Shown one piece after another: positions 1 to 9,745 of a stretch of DNA of 53,020 bases (position 1 is its first letter; each line of letters begins with the position of its first letter). Made by a program: the position numbers and the translations under genes. The DNA is from a virus (taxonomy: Duplodnaviria > Caudoviricetes): IMG/VR virus record IMGVR_UViG_3300043419_000168, positions 1-53,020 of that record; one strand, 5' to 3'. The notes beneath the pieces were generated by a model. It saw nothing but the letters and a program-made list of their open reading frames with translations. It was not told where the DNA came from and did no database searches.

Positions 1-597
1 TTTAAACTGATCAGACGTCAAATTATTAACAAACTCTTCAAGTTCTTCTTTTGATTGTTCTTTGGCATAGTAAACTTGGCTGCCATCGTAAATGTAATCG
101 ATAGAACTTGTGATAATTTTGAAAACGGCATCAACATCATCTCCGTTAGTCTTTTCGATTAACTGGATCATGTCTACTGATGGATACTTCATCATAACAC
201 CTACATCATCAAACAAATCTATCTTTTTATTATGCCCTTCTTTAAATTCCACCTTTAAGGATGTTAAATCGATACCGATTTTAACTTTAGCCTTCTCGTC
301 ATCGCAATGTGCACAAGGAAATATTAAAGAGATATCTTCACCAACTGACTTTGCTCTAATTTGCGTGAAGATGTATTCCAAATCAAATGTTGCTAATTCA
401 TTAACATCGATCGAATCTTTGATGCATGAATCTAAAATTTCTTTTAAGGTATTTACCATTACCTGAGCATCATCAGATTGTTGAGCAATCAATAATGCTT
501 TTTCTTCCTTAACAAGGAATGGTCTAAACTTAACAACCTTTTTACTAGAAGGAATCTCTAGTGAATAGGTCGGAGTTGCGTTCATCGGTAATGCCAT
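1..597 (-). CDS. gp26: Baseplate hub assembly protein, T4 gp26-like (partial, runs off window start)
   Basis: Not in the ORF track. Manual translation from the ATG at 597 gives MALPMNATPTYSLEIPSSKKVVKFRPFLVKEEKALLIA...LATFDLEYIFTQIRAKSVGE...CAHC, the typical gp26 motifs. SD AAGGAG lies upstream. Confidence 0.9.
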   Translation of the reverse strand, partial: MALPMNATPTYSLEIPSSKKVVKFRPFLVKEEKALLIAQQSDDAQVMVNTLKEILDSCIKDSIDVNELATFDLEYIFTQIRAKSVGEDISLIFPCAHCDDEKAKVKIGIDLTSLKVEFKEGHNKKIDLFDDVGVMMKYPSVDMIQLIEKTNGDDVDAVFKIITSSIDYIYDGSQVYYAKEQSKEELEEFVNNLTSDQFK

Positions 598-599
598 AA

Positions 600-1019
600 T
601 TATTCTCCTTTAGTCATATTCTTTATTAGCTTATTCAACTCAGCTGTGCTACCGACAAAGATAGCATTATTATTTGTCACCTTAGCCTGTTCAGCTTTAT
701 TCGGTGCGTCAAGTTTTTGCTTTTGTTGATGTAAATCCATAAGCTGTTGGTTTACATCTGCAAGTTGTTTCATTAAGTTACCAACAACCTCAAAGGCTCT
801 CGGATGTTCAGATTGTTTAGCAACTTCAAGTGCCTGAATCAATGCTTCTTGTCCCTTAGTTAAAAGTTCACGAAGGTTTGCTCGAGCAACATCATAATCG
901 TCTTCAATTTTTTGTTCTGGTTTCTGGATAATTTCTCCAGTTTCAGAATCAATAACTTCTACTTCTGTAGTTTTAGTTATTGATGGCACGTCAAAAACTT
1001 CTGATAATCTATCATTCAT
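600..1019 (-). CDS. gp16: Terminase small subunit, T4 gp16-like
   Basis: Motifs DDYDVARANL, SEHPRAFEV and NNAIFVGSTAEL are typical of T4-like small terminases. Confidence 0.88.
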   Translation of the reverse strand: MNDRLSEVFDVPSITKTTEVEVIDSETGEIIQKPEQKIEDDYDVARANLRELLTKGQEALIQALEVAKQSEHPRAFEVVGNLMKQLADVNQQLMDLHQQKQKLDAPNKAEQAKVTNNNAIFVGSTAELNKLIKNMTKGE

Positions 1020-1025
1020 ATTTGT

Positions 1026-1454
1026 TTAATCATTTCTAGTGTTTCTAGTTGGGGGATCTCCTGGATCCAACTCAGGAACAACTGGTTTAGGTGTTGGTCT
1101 TGGGATTGTTGGAGTTGTAGGAACCGTAGAACTATTTATTGGCGCAACAGCAGTTGGTGCAGTCACACCAGCTTTATCGTTTAGTTTTTCCTGTGTTCTA
1201 CCATAAGCTGCGATACCTAGGATAGCACCCATAGCCATATGGAATAAGCCAGCACCCTGTAGAGTTATAGGTGACCATTGAGTTCTAACTTCTCCACCAC
1301 CAATCATTTGAACGATTGACCAAAGAACTGGGAAAAGAACGAAGTCGGCGGTACATACAACCATATACATCCAACCCATCATTGGACGCCATTTACTATT
1401 CATCCAATCTTCGTTTTTCTTTGCGCTTTCGCTTTTTTCTTCTTGAGGTGCCAT
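1026..1454 (-). CDS. Putative holin (GTA 3-TM holin-like) with Pro/Thr-rich C-terminal tail
   Basis: KWRPMMGWMYMVVC...LFHMAMGAILGIAAYGRTQEK; hydrophobic segments plus the WRP...G...RT.EK pattern. Confidence 0.7.
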   Translation of the reverse strand: MAPQEEKSESAKKNEDWMNSKWRPMMGWMYMVVCTADFVLFPVLWSIVQMIGGGEVRTQWSPITLQGAGLFHMAMGAILGIAAYGRTQEKLNDKAGVTAPTAVAPINSSTVPTTPTIPRPTPKPVVPELDPGDPPTRNTRND

Positions 1455-1465
1455 CTCGTTATTCC

Positions 1466-2179
1466 TTAAAAGAATGATAATTTATCTGTTATACCAGTTG
1501 AGTAGTTTTGAACTTCTGGTAGTTGGTTTGCGTTACTTTGAAAACCAGAATTGTTTCCGAAGTAATCACCAATCTCTCTATTATTAATTGTTGGTAGTTT
1601 AAATACAGAATCCCATGCTCCTGGTTCAGCTTTAGTGCTTGGAGCAATTTTATAATATGTCCAGTTTCTATAATTCATTGAAACCTGTAATTTCATAACT
1701 TCTTTGTTATCATATCCCAACTGAATAGGCGATAGTCCCTTAGGATATGCCTCATGCAAAATAACAAGATATCTAGAATCATCTCTAGCGTCTTCAACCT
1801 GAATATACATTTCTGTTATATAATTTTTATAATATTCAAATTTTCTTGTTACTGGATTTTGTATAGAATTTATCCAAGCATCAAAGTATTCTTTAACGTC
1901 CATATTTTGGTCGACATAGAATGTTAAATTGATGTTGTCGTAAATTCTATCATACGGTGCTTCTCTAACTTCGCCGAATGTTCTGTTTTGCGCAGTTACT
2001 ATGTTTAGTCCAGGGATTTGAATATCAGAACAGAACAATAAAATCTTTCTTACATCTGCCTTTTGTTTACCCTGAATTGATGTTGGCGTTTGCATTAAAA
2101 CGCTGTAGCGAGAAGTCTTCATTAAACCACCAGTTTTTACGTTGGCGATGAAGTCTTTTAGTTTGGTTGATTTAGCCAT
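1466..2179 (-). CDS. gp54: Baseplate tail-tube initiator (gp54 / tail-tube fold)
   Basis: Tube-fold motifs LFCSDIQIPG, LTFYVD, FDAWINSI, LHEAYPK, MKLQVSMNYRNW; adjacent to gp2. Confidence 0.7.
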   Translation of the reverse strand: MAKSTKLKDFIANVKTGGLMKTSRYSVLMQTPTSIQGKQKADVRKILLFCSDIQIPGLNIVTAQNRTFGEVREAPYDRIYDNINLTFYVDQNMDVKEYFDAWINSIQNPVTRKFEYYKNYITEMYIQVEDARDDSRYLVILHEAYPKGLSPIQLGYDNKEVMKLQVSMNYRNWTYYKIAPSTKAEPGAWDSVFKLPTINNREIGDYFGNNSGFQSNANQLPEVQNYSTGITDKLSFF

Positions 2180-2180
2180 T

Positions 2181-2780
2181 TTAGTTTATTTTTCTTCTTG
2201 AGTCTAACCATACTTCAGTCTTGGTCGCACCAACGAATCTTTCAACTGGTAACATCATAGCAGTCGCCCAATCTTGAGAGAACACCTGTCTCATTGGAGA
2301 TCTAAGGTGAGCAGTCAAATAATGTTTAACACATGGAGCTGCTGGTGCGTATCTTGCTACTCCATCAATCAATGCCCATGAATATCTTAGTCTGGTCGTT
2401 TCATCCATTTTAGAATTGGACTTAAATGCCATTAACTTATCTAACAGTTTAACACGCATCTGGTATGGAAGATAATGCATGTTTAGCCCAAGAAAACCAC
2501 CTTCAACTTTTCTAAATGGAAACACCAAAGGAAATCTATCATAGTATGGTAGGGTTGCCTTTAGTTTCGGGTCATATAAGAACATATACAAGTTTCCAGG
2601 AACCACGTTAGTTCTTAAAGCAGAAGCGTCTCCCTTTAAAACTTTCTGTGGTGTGATCTGCTGCTTAGACATAAGCAGAACCTGTTGTTCGAACCACGAC
2701 TTGGACTTTCTAGCAGCTGTTAGAAGGTCGTACTGATTGCGTTCGAAAACGTCTTGTAGGGTGGATGGGTTTTTAGCCAT
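2181..2780 (-). CDS. gp2: DNA end protector protein, T4 gp2-like
   Basis: YMFLYDPKLKATLPYYDRFPLV, GFLGLNMHYLP, CVKHYL. Confidence 0.92.
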   Translation of the reverse strand: MAKNPSTLQDVFERNQYDLLTAARKSKSWFEQQVLLMSKQQITPQKVLKGDASALRTNVVPGNLYMFLYDPKLKATLPYYDRFPLVFPFRKVEGGFLGLNMHYLPYQMRVKLLDKLMAFKSNSKMDETTRLRYSWALIDGVARYAPAAPCVKHYLTAHLRSPMRQVFSQDWATAMMLPVERFVGATKTEVWLDSRRKIN

Positions 2781-2784
2781 TTAA

Positions 2785-3231
2785 TTATTTAGGTGTTGCA
2801 AGACCGAGTTCATACTCAGTTATGATTTTAAATTCCCAACCCCTATCCTTTGCATACTCACTAGCTGCCTTCCACTTAGCCTGATTTTTGATAAAAGTCA
2901 TTGATTCTGTAAGGTAGCGTTGAGTCTGGCGTCCAGGATAGACTGGCGGAACTGTTTGTTTATGTGGTTTCACTTCTATCAGATAAGTCTTAATTAGACC
3001 ATCTTTTTGTCTAATTTGTATCTGAAAGTCTATAAAGTATCTATGTAATCTATCGTCAGTGGGGCATCTATAAGGGACTACTGTTTCTTCAGATTTCCAC
3101 TTCAATACAGCTGGGTTTCTATCGCACCAGTTGGCGAACTTAGTCTCCCAAGAACTTCTCATTATAATGTTCGTTGGATCACCAGAATACTTCTCTGGAA
3201 ACATAGGTTTGTATAATCTTTTGTGAAACAT
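2785..3231 (-). CDS. gp4: Head completion nuclease, T4 gp4-like (TnsA-type PD-(D/E)xK)
   Basis: KYSGDPTNIIMRSSWE, HRYFIDF, IEVKP, NQAKWKAA, FKIITE. Confidence 0.93.
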   Translation of the reverse strand: MFHKRLYKPMFPEKYSGDPTNIIMRSSWETKFANWCDRNPAVLKWKSEETVVPYRCPTDDRLHRYFIDFQIQIRQKDGLIKTYLIEVKPHKQTVPPVYPGRQTQRYLTESMTFIKNQAKWKAASEYAKDRGWEFKIITEYELGLATPK

Positions 3232-3233
3232 GC

Positions 3234-3270
3234 CTAAATAAATAATAGAATAACACTCTTACTTATTTAG
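3234..3270. promoter_or_regulatory. Pair of oppositely oriented T4-type late promoters serving gp48 (+) and gp4 (-)
   Basis: CTAAATA on + at 3234-3240 and TATTTAG (CTAAATA on -) at 3264-3270, in the 47-bp gap between the divergent genes. Confidence 0.7.
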
Positions 3271-3278
3271 GTAAATCA

Positions 3279-4397
3279 ATGGCAAACAAAGCTACTCCGT
3301 CTATACCAAAACCGAACCCTCCAAGAGCTCCATTATATAAGAGTAGAGATACAGACAAGTTTTCGGCAGAGAAGTATAACATAAAAAACTACTCATATCC
3401 AGAAGACATTATGAGTGATGTCTATGGTAAAAACTACGCTATTTTCTACATTAATGTAGCCATAGACTCAAAATTGTTTAATGATAAAACAGTTGAGACT
3501 GTTGAGGATTATGCTCCAAGAGATCGTGGTCAATTGATCGCTATTAACACGAATCTATACAGTAATCCAACAAGTGCTGGTGCTAAAGCTGGTATGGTTG
3601 GATTAAATGCTACTGGCGCAGCTATTCAGGGTGGTCTTATCGGCGGTTTGTTTGCTGGTAAAAAGGGTGCAGCTATCGGTGCGGCAGCAAACGCAGCTCC
3701 TGATGCTTTAATGATTGGCGCAGCTGCAACTCAAGCAGCTTCAGTCACTCGTGCTCAGAAAAGATTAAAAACAGCAATTGCTTTACATATACCTAACCAA
3801 TTAGCAGTTCGTTACTCAACCAACTGGGGTGATGAAGACACCTTTGGTTATCAGGCAGCAGCTTCTGGAGCTGAAGCAATCACTAAAGCAATTCAGGGTG
3901 GTGGTGCTAAAAACCTTGGTAATGATGCAGCATCTATCGTTGGAGCTATTGGTCTTAAGAGTGATAAACAAGGTGCAGCTGCATCAGCTTCTTTAGGGTT
4001 GGCAGCTAACCCAAAGAAAGAACAAATCTTTAAGGGTGTTGATTATAGAACATTCCAATTTGATTATCAATTTTTCCCAAGAAGCCCAGAAGAAGCTCAA
4101 AATGTATTGAACATTATTCAAGAGTTTAAGTATCACATGCATCCAGAATTTAAAGATACTAATAACTTTTTGTATATCTATCCTTCTGAGTTTGATATTT
4201 TCTACTATCAAAACGGCGAAGAAAACTTAAACATCCATCGTCATACATCATGCGTGTTAAAAGAATTGAACATTAATTATACACCTAATGGTATGTTTAC
4301 TACATTTGATAATGGTATGCCAACTCAAATTAATATTCAAATGACATTCGTCGAGTTGGGTTTAATGGACAAAGATAAAATCAAGAACGGACTATAA
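3279..4397 (+). CDS. gp48: Baseplate tail-tube cap, T4 gp48-like
   Basis: NPKKEQIFKGVDYRTFQFDYQFFPRSPEEA, FKYHMHP, YPSEFDI, CVLKELNINYTP. Confidence 0.88.
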   Translation: MANKATPSIPKPNPPRAPLYKSRDTDKFSAEKYNIKNYSYPEDIMSDVYGKNYAIFYINVAIDSKLFNDKTVETVEDYAPRDRGQLIAINTNLYSNPTSAGAKAGMVGLNATGAAIQGGLIGGLFAGKKGAAIGAAANAAPDALMIGAAATQAASVTRAQKRLKTAIALHIPNQLAVRYSTNWGDEDTFGYQAAASGAEAITKAIQGGGAKNLGNDAASIVGAIGLKSDKQGAAASASLGLAANPKKEQIFKGVDYRTFQFDYQFFPRSPEEAQNVLNIIQEFKYHMHPEFKDTNNFLYIYPSEFDIFYYQNGEENLNIHRHTSCVLKELNINYTPNGMFTTFDNGMPTQINIQMTFVELGLMDKDKIKNGL

Positions 4398-4888
4398 TGT
4401 ATTTCGAAGAATTTCCTAATTTCTTATACGACTTCGATGTAAACGATAAGCGTAAAGCCATATTGATGACTGACATTACAAGAAATGTCAGATTCCGTAG
4501 AGACATATTATCTAACATAACTGTTTATGATGAGTATGATATAATTGATGGTGAGACTCCAGAACTTATTGCTGAGAAGTTTTACGGCGACGCTCAATAT
4601 CATTGGGTTGTTATGTTAGCAAATAACAGATTTGATTATATCAATGATTTTCCATTAGACTATCCAAGACTTGTTGCGTATATGGAAGATAAGTATGGCG
4701 ATTCGTTAGATGATGTTCGCTATTATGTCGATGCTAATGGTAATATCGTTCACCAGACAGCAGTTGGAGCAGCTCCAGTTTCAAACAGAGAGTATGAAGA
4801 AAGACTCAACGAATCTAAACGCAGAATTAAAATTATTTCTAGAGATCTTCTCGCGACAGTATTAAATAATTATAAAGAATTTATGTAA
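4397..4888 (+). CDS. gp53: Baseplate wedge subunit, T4 gp53-like (LysM-like)
   Basis: MYFEEFP, DGETPELIAEKFYGDAQYHWVVMLAN, EYEERLNESKRRIKI. Confidence 0.9.
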   Translation: MYFEEFPNFLYDFDVNDKRKAILMTDITRNVRFRRDILSNITVYDEYDIIDGETPELIAEKFYGDAQYHWVVMLANNRFDYINDFPLDYPRLVAYMEDKYGDSLDDVRYYVDANGNIVHQTAVGAAPVSNREYEERLNESKRRIKIISRDLLATVLNNYKEFM

Positions 4889-6165
4889 TGCAGACATCAC
4901 AAAATCTAAGATTCGCTGGTGATGTTGAGATTGAACAGGTTAGAGTAGTTACTTCTACTGGGTTTTATCAAGACATCACAAATCAGATTATCGGTATTCA
5001 AATCTTTGAAGATTTGTTATCACCATTCATCACAGGTACACTGATTCTTAAAGACACATTAGATTTAATCAATGTTATGCCATTCGTTGGCGAAGAATAC
5101 TTAGATTTAAAGATTAGCACACCTACTCTTAAAACTGGAAATATATCTGGTAAATTTTACATATTCAAAATGACTGACCGAGATATGGTTGGTGATCGAT
5201 CTGTAGTTTACCAATTACATTTTACATCTCAAGATGCTTTATTAGATTTAAATAAAGCCATTAGTAAAACATTCTCTGGTAAAGTTTCTGATGTGGCGAA
5301 AACATTATTGACTGATAAAGTCAATGGTATGCAGGTTACAAAGAAATATAATATTGAAGAAACAGATAACTCTACAAAGTATACTTCTAATTTCTGGTCT
5401 CCATTAAGAAACATTTTATACCTAACTGAAAACGCATTGAGTAAATCTAAAGCTCCAGATTATGTGTTTTTTGAAAATAGAGATGGGTATAACTTCACTT
5501 CTTTATCTTCATTATATAAGCAACTTCCACTTCAGAATTTTATATTCGATAATTATAATAGAGATGATAGAGCTGGTGGCGGTAGCATTAAAAACTTGAA
5601 CGAAGATTACAAACGAATCCAATCTATAACTATCCCAGAGGGGTTTGACTATATCGATAGAATAACCAGTGGTATGTATGGTTCTAGATTATATACACAT
5701 GATATAACTTCTAAAAAAGTTACAAGTAAAAACTTTGATATGCTTGCTAACTTTAAAACCAAAACTCACTTAAACACATACCCAGCTGCTTCGAGTAAGG
5801 TTGTTTATCGTTATGGCGCAAAGGTTATTACTGAACCTAAGTATTATAATAATTTTAGTAACTTTGGTAATGCAACAAATACGGAATTCATTCAAGAGCG
5901 TCTATCTCTGATGAAACAGGCTGAGTCAACTAAAATAGAAATCGTTGTTCCTGGTAGAATGGATTATACCGTCGGAAGAACTGTTTCAGTGAAACTGAAT
6001 AAAATACAACCAATAGCTAAAAACGACAGAGATACATTAGACAATGTGTTCTCTGGTAATTACTTAATCTCTGCGATCAATCATTTTATTACCAGAGAAA
6101 AGCATGAGTGCACTTTAGAGTTGATTAAAGATTCGTTATTAATAAATCTTGATGGGAAGAAATAA
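4888..6165 (+). CDS. Baseplate hub protein (gp27-like)
   Basis: Lies between gp53 and gp5; IFEDLLSPFITG, YVFFENRDGYNF, SGNYLISAINH. Confidence 0.65.
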   Translation: MQTSQNLRFAGDVEIEQVRVVTSTGFYQDITNQIIGIQIFEDLLSPFITGTLILKDTLDLINVMPFVGEEYLDLKISTPTLKTGNISGKFYIFKMTDRDMVGDRSVVYQLHFTSQDALLDLNKAISKTFSGKVSDVAKTLLTDKVNGMQVTKKYNIEETDNSTKYTSNFWSPLRNILYLTENALSKSKAPDYVFFENRDGYNFTSLSSLYKQLPLQNFIFDNYNRDDRAGGGSIKNLNEDYKRIQSITIPEGFDYIDRITSGMYGSRLYTHDITSKKVTSKNFDMLANFKTKTHLNTYPAASSKVVYRYGAKVITEPKYYNNFSNFGNATNTEFIQERLSLMKQAESTKIEIVVPGRMDYTVGRTVSVKLNKIQPIAKNDRDTLDNVFSGNYLISAINHFITREKHECTLELIKDSLLINLDGKK

Positions 6166-8990
6166 TGCAGTTATACACTGGTGTAGTCGAAAATCGTAAC
6201 GATCCATTAAAACTTGGCAGATGTCAGGTTCGCGTAGTTGGTCTTCATACAGACAATAAAACTTTACTGCCGACTGAAGATTTACCATGGGCTTATCCAA
6301 TGCAGCCAGTAACATCTGCAGCTGTTAGTGGTTTAGGTCACTCTCCGACAGGTCCAGTTCCTGGAAGTTGGGTTGTTATTATGTTCAGAGATGAGGATCT
6401 TCAACAACCAGTTATGTTGGGAACTATCGGTGGTATCCCGCAAACAAAATCTGGCGAACGAGCGATTGAAGATTCTTCTGATGAGATCATTCCTCAAGAA
6501 GGTATCTTAACAGATTCTTCTGGTAATCCAGTTTTAGATAGTGATGGTAATCCAATCACAACTGGAACTAATCAGGCTAATAACTCTGCGCCAAATACAC
6601 CATCAACACCAGTCGCACCAGTAGTTACCCCAACAGAAATTCCAACTAATCCACCACCTAAGTCTGGTGCTGGTTCTAATGCATCAGCAGGTATCAAAGC
6701 GTTAATTGCTGCCTGTGATAAAGTTGGATTAACAACGAAGTACGCTAAGTGTGCATTGTTGGGTATTGCTGGTGGTGAATCTAAGTGGGTTCCGCAAAAA
6801 GAAGCACATAACTACAACCCAACAAGATTAAAACAAATTTTTCCAAATGCTACTCAACAAATTTTAGATGAGTATTCTTACGCAGTTAAGAAGGGATTAT
6901 CAAAAGAAGACTTCTTCTCATTCTTCTATGGTCCAACTTATCGTGGTAAAAATTTCTTAGGTAATAAAACTGACCAAGATGGTGGTAAGTATTATGGTCG
7001 TGGGTTCATTCAGTTGACTGGTCGTGGAAACTACGAGCGTTATCAAAAACTTGGTACTGCTGCTGGTTTGAATATTGACATTGTCGGAAATCCAGATTCG
7101 CTTGATGCAGACTTAGACACATCAGCTTTAATCGCTGCTCTTTATATTAAAGACAGAGTTAAAGGTTGGGAAAAGTTAATGTATGAGCCAGGATTTTTCC
7201 AGGCTGCTAAAAATGCGGTTGGTGTTAATAGCCCAGATATCGCATTGGCTAAACAACAGTACTATGAATATTTCTTAGGTTCTTCAACAGATCCAGTATC
7301 TACAAATAAAAACGCAACAGCGACAGAACCTAACTTATCTCCAGAAGAGATCGCAAAACAACCTCTAGATAAACAAGAAGCATACAAAGAAGATCGTTCT
7401 GGTAACGCTACACAATTTGGATTCACAGATCCAACTGGTAAGTACCCATTGCGTGACCATATGAACGAAGCCGATACTAATAGACTAGCACGTGGTATCA
7501 TTGACGGAACATGCTTTAAGTTTAAAGACGCAACAAGAAAACAAGATATCCCAGTTGCTGGTGGAAAAACATGGTCACAACCATTATCACCATACAACGC
7601 AGTATATCCATATAACAAAGTATTTGAATCTGAGTCTGGCCACATTATGGAGTTTGATGATTCTCCAGATGGCGAGCGTATTCACTTATATCATCGTAAG
7701 GGAACATATCTAGAGATAGATCCTAATGGTTCTCAGTTAAACTTTATCGTTGGTGATGGTTATCAAATTGTTTTACGAAACAATAACATTTATGTTGTTG
7801 GAACTGCAAACTTAACTGTCGGTGGAAATATCAATATTCTTTGTCAGGGTGATGCTAAGATTGAGGTTGAAGGACGAAGTAACATTGCACTAAAAGGTGA
7901 TGCTGAGTTAGGTGTTGCTGGTAATCTAGACATGACTGTCGGTGGTGATTACAAACTTAAAGTTGATGGTGACTACAACATTGAAACAACAAACTTAACT
8001 ACAAAGACTTCTGGTTATCAGATACATGACTCTTCTGCTGATTGGTCAGTTAAATCTGCAGGTAATGTTATGGTTAACGCAGGTGGAAACTTTAATGCTG
8101 ACTACGCTGAGATGCAGTTCGCCAATGGTCAGGCAGAAGTTAATGATGCTCCGACAACTGGATTATCTGCTCCAGAATTGATTAACGCAGTTGTTCCTGA
8201 ATTTAAAAACTTGGAACCACCAGAGCGTTCTTTCGATGAAGTCGCTAAGTTTGAAACTCCAGATGAGTGGGAAACTCCAGCTGGTAAATTAGAAAAAGAA
8301 AAGCAGTACGATACTCCAGCATATAAAGCTCCAGAAAATAAAAACGGAGAAGCTCAAGAAGCTGTTGTTCCTCCACCGAATAAGGTTGAAGGTAAGAAGA
8401 TTGATACTGCTCCGTTCTATAATACGACAGATTTCTCTCCATCATACAAGTTATCAAAGAACTTCACTGTCGGACATTTAGTTGAACCATCAGTAATTCT
8501 GCGCGATGCAAGTATTATGGGTAAACTTTACACCAAACAAGATTTAATTGCAAACTTGGCTGCAATGTCAGAAAATATCTGCGAACCATTATACGAATTA
8601 CTTGGACCAACTAGCGGAAAATTTGCTGCTCAGTCTCCACGTGGCGCATGGTGCATTAACTCTGGTTTAAGAAATGGTACTAATAATTCTGACCACAATA
8701 AAGGTAGAGCGATTGACCTTAGATATAATCCTAAGCGTTCGTTCGAAGATATGTGGAAGTTGGCTGTTCAGTTAGAAAAGATTTTACCATATAATCAAAT
8801 TATTTTAGAGTACAGAAAACCAGGTGCCAACTATAATCCAGGTCCAGGTTGGATGAACTGGATTCATATTTCGTATTCTACTGAAGGTAACTTGAAACAA
8901 GCATTCACTATGATTGATGATAAGTCAGTTGATTCTTCTGGAAATATTAAACCAGGAAGTCGTGGTCTATTCTTGTTCGGATCAAGTTAA
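6165..8990 (+). CDS. gp5: Baseplate central spike gp5 with GH19-like glycoside hydrolase and C-terminal M15 peptidase-like domain
   Basis: OB-fold N-terminus GVVENRNDPLKLGRCQVRVVGLH; YYGRGFIQLTGRGNY (GH19); YPYNKVFESESGHIMEFDD followed by beta-helix repeats; LSKNFT...INSGLR...SDHNKGRAID...WIHISY (M15). Confidence 0.9.
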   Translation: MQLYTGVVENRNDPLKLGRCQVRVVGLHTDNKTLLPTEDLPWAYPMQPVTSAAVSGLGHSPTGPVPGSWVVIMFRDEDLQQPVMLGTIGGIPQTKSGERAIEDSSDEIIPQEGILTDSSGNPVLDSDGNPITTGTNQANNSAPNTPSTPVAPVVTPTEIPTNPPPKSGAGSNASAGIKALIAACDKVGLTTKYAKCALLGIAGGESKWVPQKEAHNYNPTRLKQIFPNATQQILDEYSYAVKKGLSKEDFFSFFYGPTYRGKNFLGNKTDQDGGKYYGRGFIQLTGRGNYERYQKLGTAAGLNIDIVGNPDSLDADLDTSALIAALYIKDRVKGWEKLMYEPGFFQAAKNAVGVNSPDIALAKQQYYEYFLGSSTDPVSTNKNATATEPNLSPEEIAKQPLDKQEAYKEDRSGNATQFGFTDPTGKYPLRDHMNEADTNRLARGIIDGTCFKFKDATRKQDIPVAGGKTWSQPLSPYNAVYPYNKVFESESGHIMEFDDSPDGERIHLYHRKGTYLEIDPNGSQLNFIVGDGYQIVLRNNNIYVVGTANLTVGGNINILCQGDAKIEVEGRSNIALKGDAELGVAGNLDMTVGGDYKLKVDGDYNIETTNLTTKTSGYQIHDSSADWSVKSAGNVMVNAGGNFNADYAEMQFANGQAEVNDAPTTGLSAPELINAVVPEFKNLEPPERSFDEVAKFETPDEWETPAGKLEKEKQYDTPAYKAPENKNGEAQEAVVPPPNKVEGKKIDTAPFYNTTDFSPSYKLSKNFTVGHLVEPSVILRDASIMGKLYTKQDLIANLAAMSENICEPLYELLGPTSGKFAAQSPRGAWCINSGLRNGTNNSDHNKGRAIDLRYNPKRSFEDMWKLAVQLEKILPYNQIILEYRKPGANYNPGPGWMNWIHISYSTEGNLKQAFTMIDDKSVDSSGNIKPGSRGLFLFGSS

Positions 8991-9445
8991 TGTTTACACC
9001 TACAGAAAGAAATCTTGGGACAGTTAACGAAGAAGTAAATTTTTCGTTTTCTGTTACCTATGAAGTTACCGACGAAATGACTATGGAAACTATATCACAT
9101 CCAGTTATAATTACAGCTGAAGAGAGTGTTGATACAGTTTTAGTTTCTGGTAATACTATCTCTGGTTATTACACAGATAGCTTTAATAATAACATACAAT
9201 ATTTGAATCAGGGTAAACAACTTGTAACAACAGATAAGTTTGGTAAGGTTGTTAATCTATATGAGATGGTTAAGTATGGTGCCGACAGATCAAGAACTAA
9301 AATCTTTAACTATACAGCAAACGCTATGGATGAAGACACTGTTGTAGACTCTCAGGTTTACACAATAACAGTTCAAAATGATTGGACACCTGGAAAAAAT
9401 ACTCTACAAGCATACGTGAGGTCGACAGATGCCAGCAGTAGTTAG
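8990..9445 (+). CDS. Hypothetical protein between gp5 and PAAR
   Basis: 151-aa ORF translationally coupled (TAATG) to gp5. Confidence 0.6.
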   Translation: MFTPTERNLGTVNEEVNFSFSVTYEVTDEMTMETISHPVIITAEESVDTVLVSGNTISGYYTDSFNNNIQYLNQGKQLVTTDKFGKVVNLYEMVKYGADRSRTKIFNYTANAMDEDTVVDSQVYTITVQNDWTPGKNTLQAYVRSTDASSS

Positions 9446-9731
9446 ACTTGGAGATACGTCAACTGGACATGGTTGTTTCCCACCAACAAATTTGGTGACT
9501 ACAGCTGCGACCAAAAGTTATATCAATGGTATTTTAGTAGGTCTTCAAGACGAAGCCAGCCAATTTTCTGCCCATGCCTGTGGTAATACCACCCACCAGC
9601 AGGTTACCAGATACATTAGTAGCGGTTCTTCGAAGTCTTTTATAGAAGGTAAACCAGTAGCAAGGATTGGCGATGATATTTCCTGTGGGGACGCATGTGC
9701 CCAAGGTTCTCACAATTCCTTTCTACAATAA
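9429..9731 (+). CDS. PAAR spike-tip protein (T4 gp5.4-like)
   Basis: MPAVVRLGDTSTGHGCFPP...HAC...GKPVARIGDDISCG. Confidence 0.92.
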   Translation: MPAVVRLGDTSTGHGCFPPTNLVTTAATKSYINGILVGLQDEASQFSAHACGNTTHQQVTRYISSGSSKSFIEGKPVARIGDDISCGDACAQGSHNSFLQ

Positions 9732-9745
9732 AGCTAAATAATAAA

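Noticed and set aside
110-466. 118-aa plus-strand ORF
   Set aside because: Antisense shadow of the clearly recognisable gp26 on the minus strand.
2785-3231. TnsA-like nuclease as a transposon or homing endonuclease
   Set aside because: Sequence and position beside gp2 match the core T4 head-completion protein gp4.
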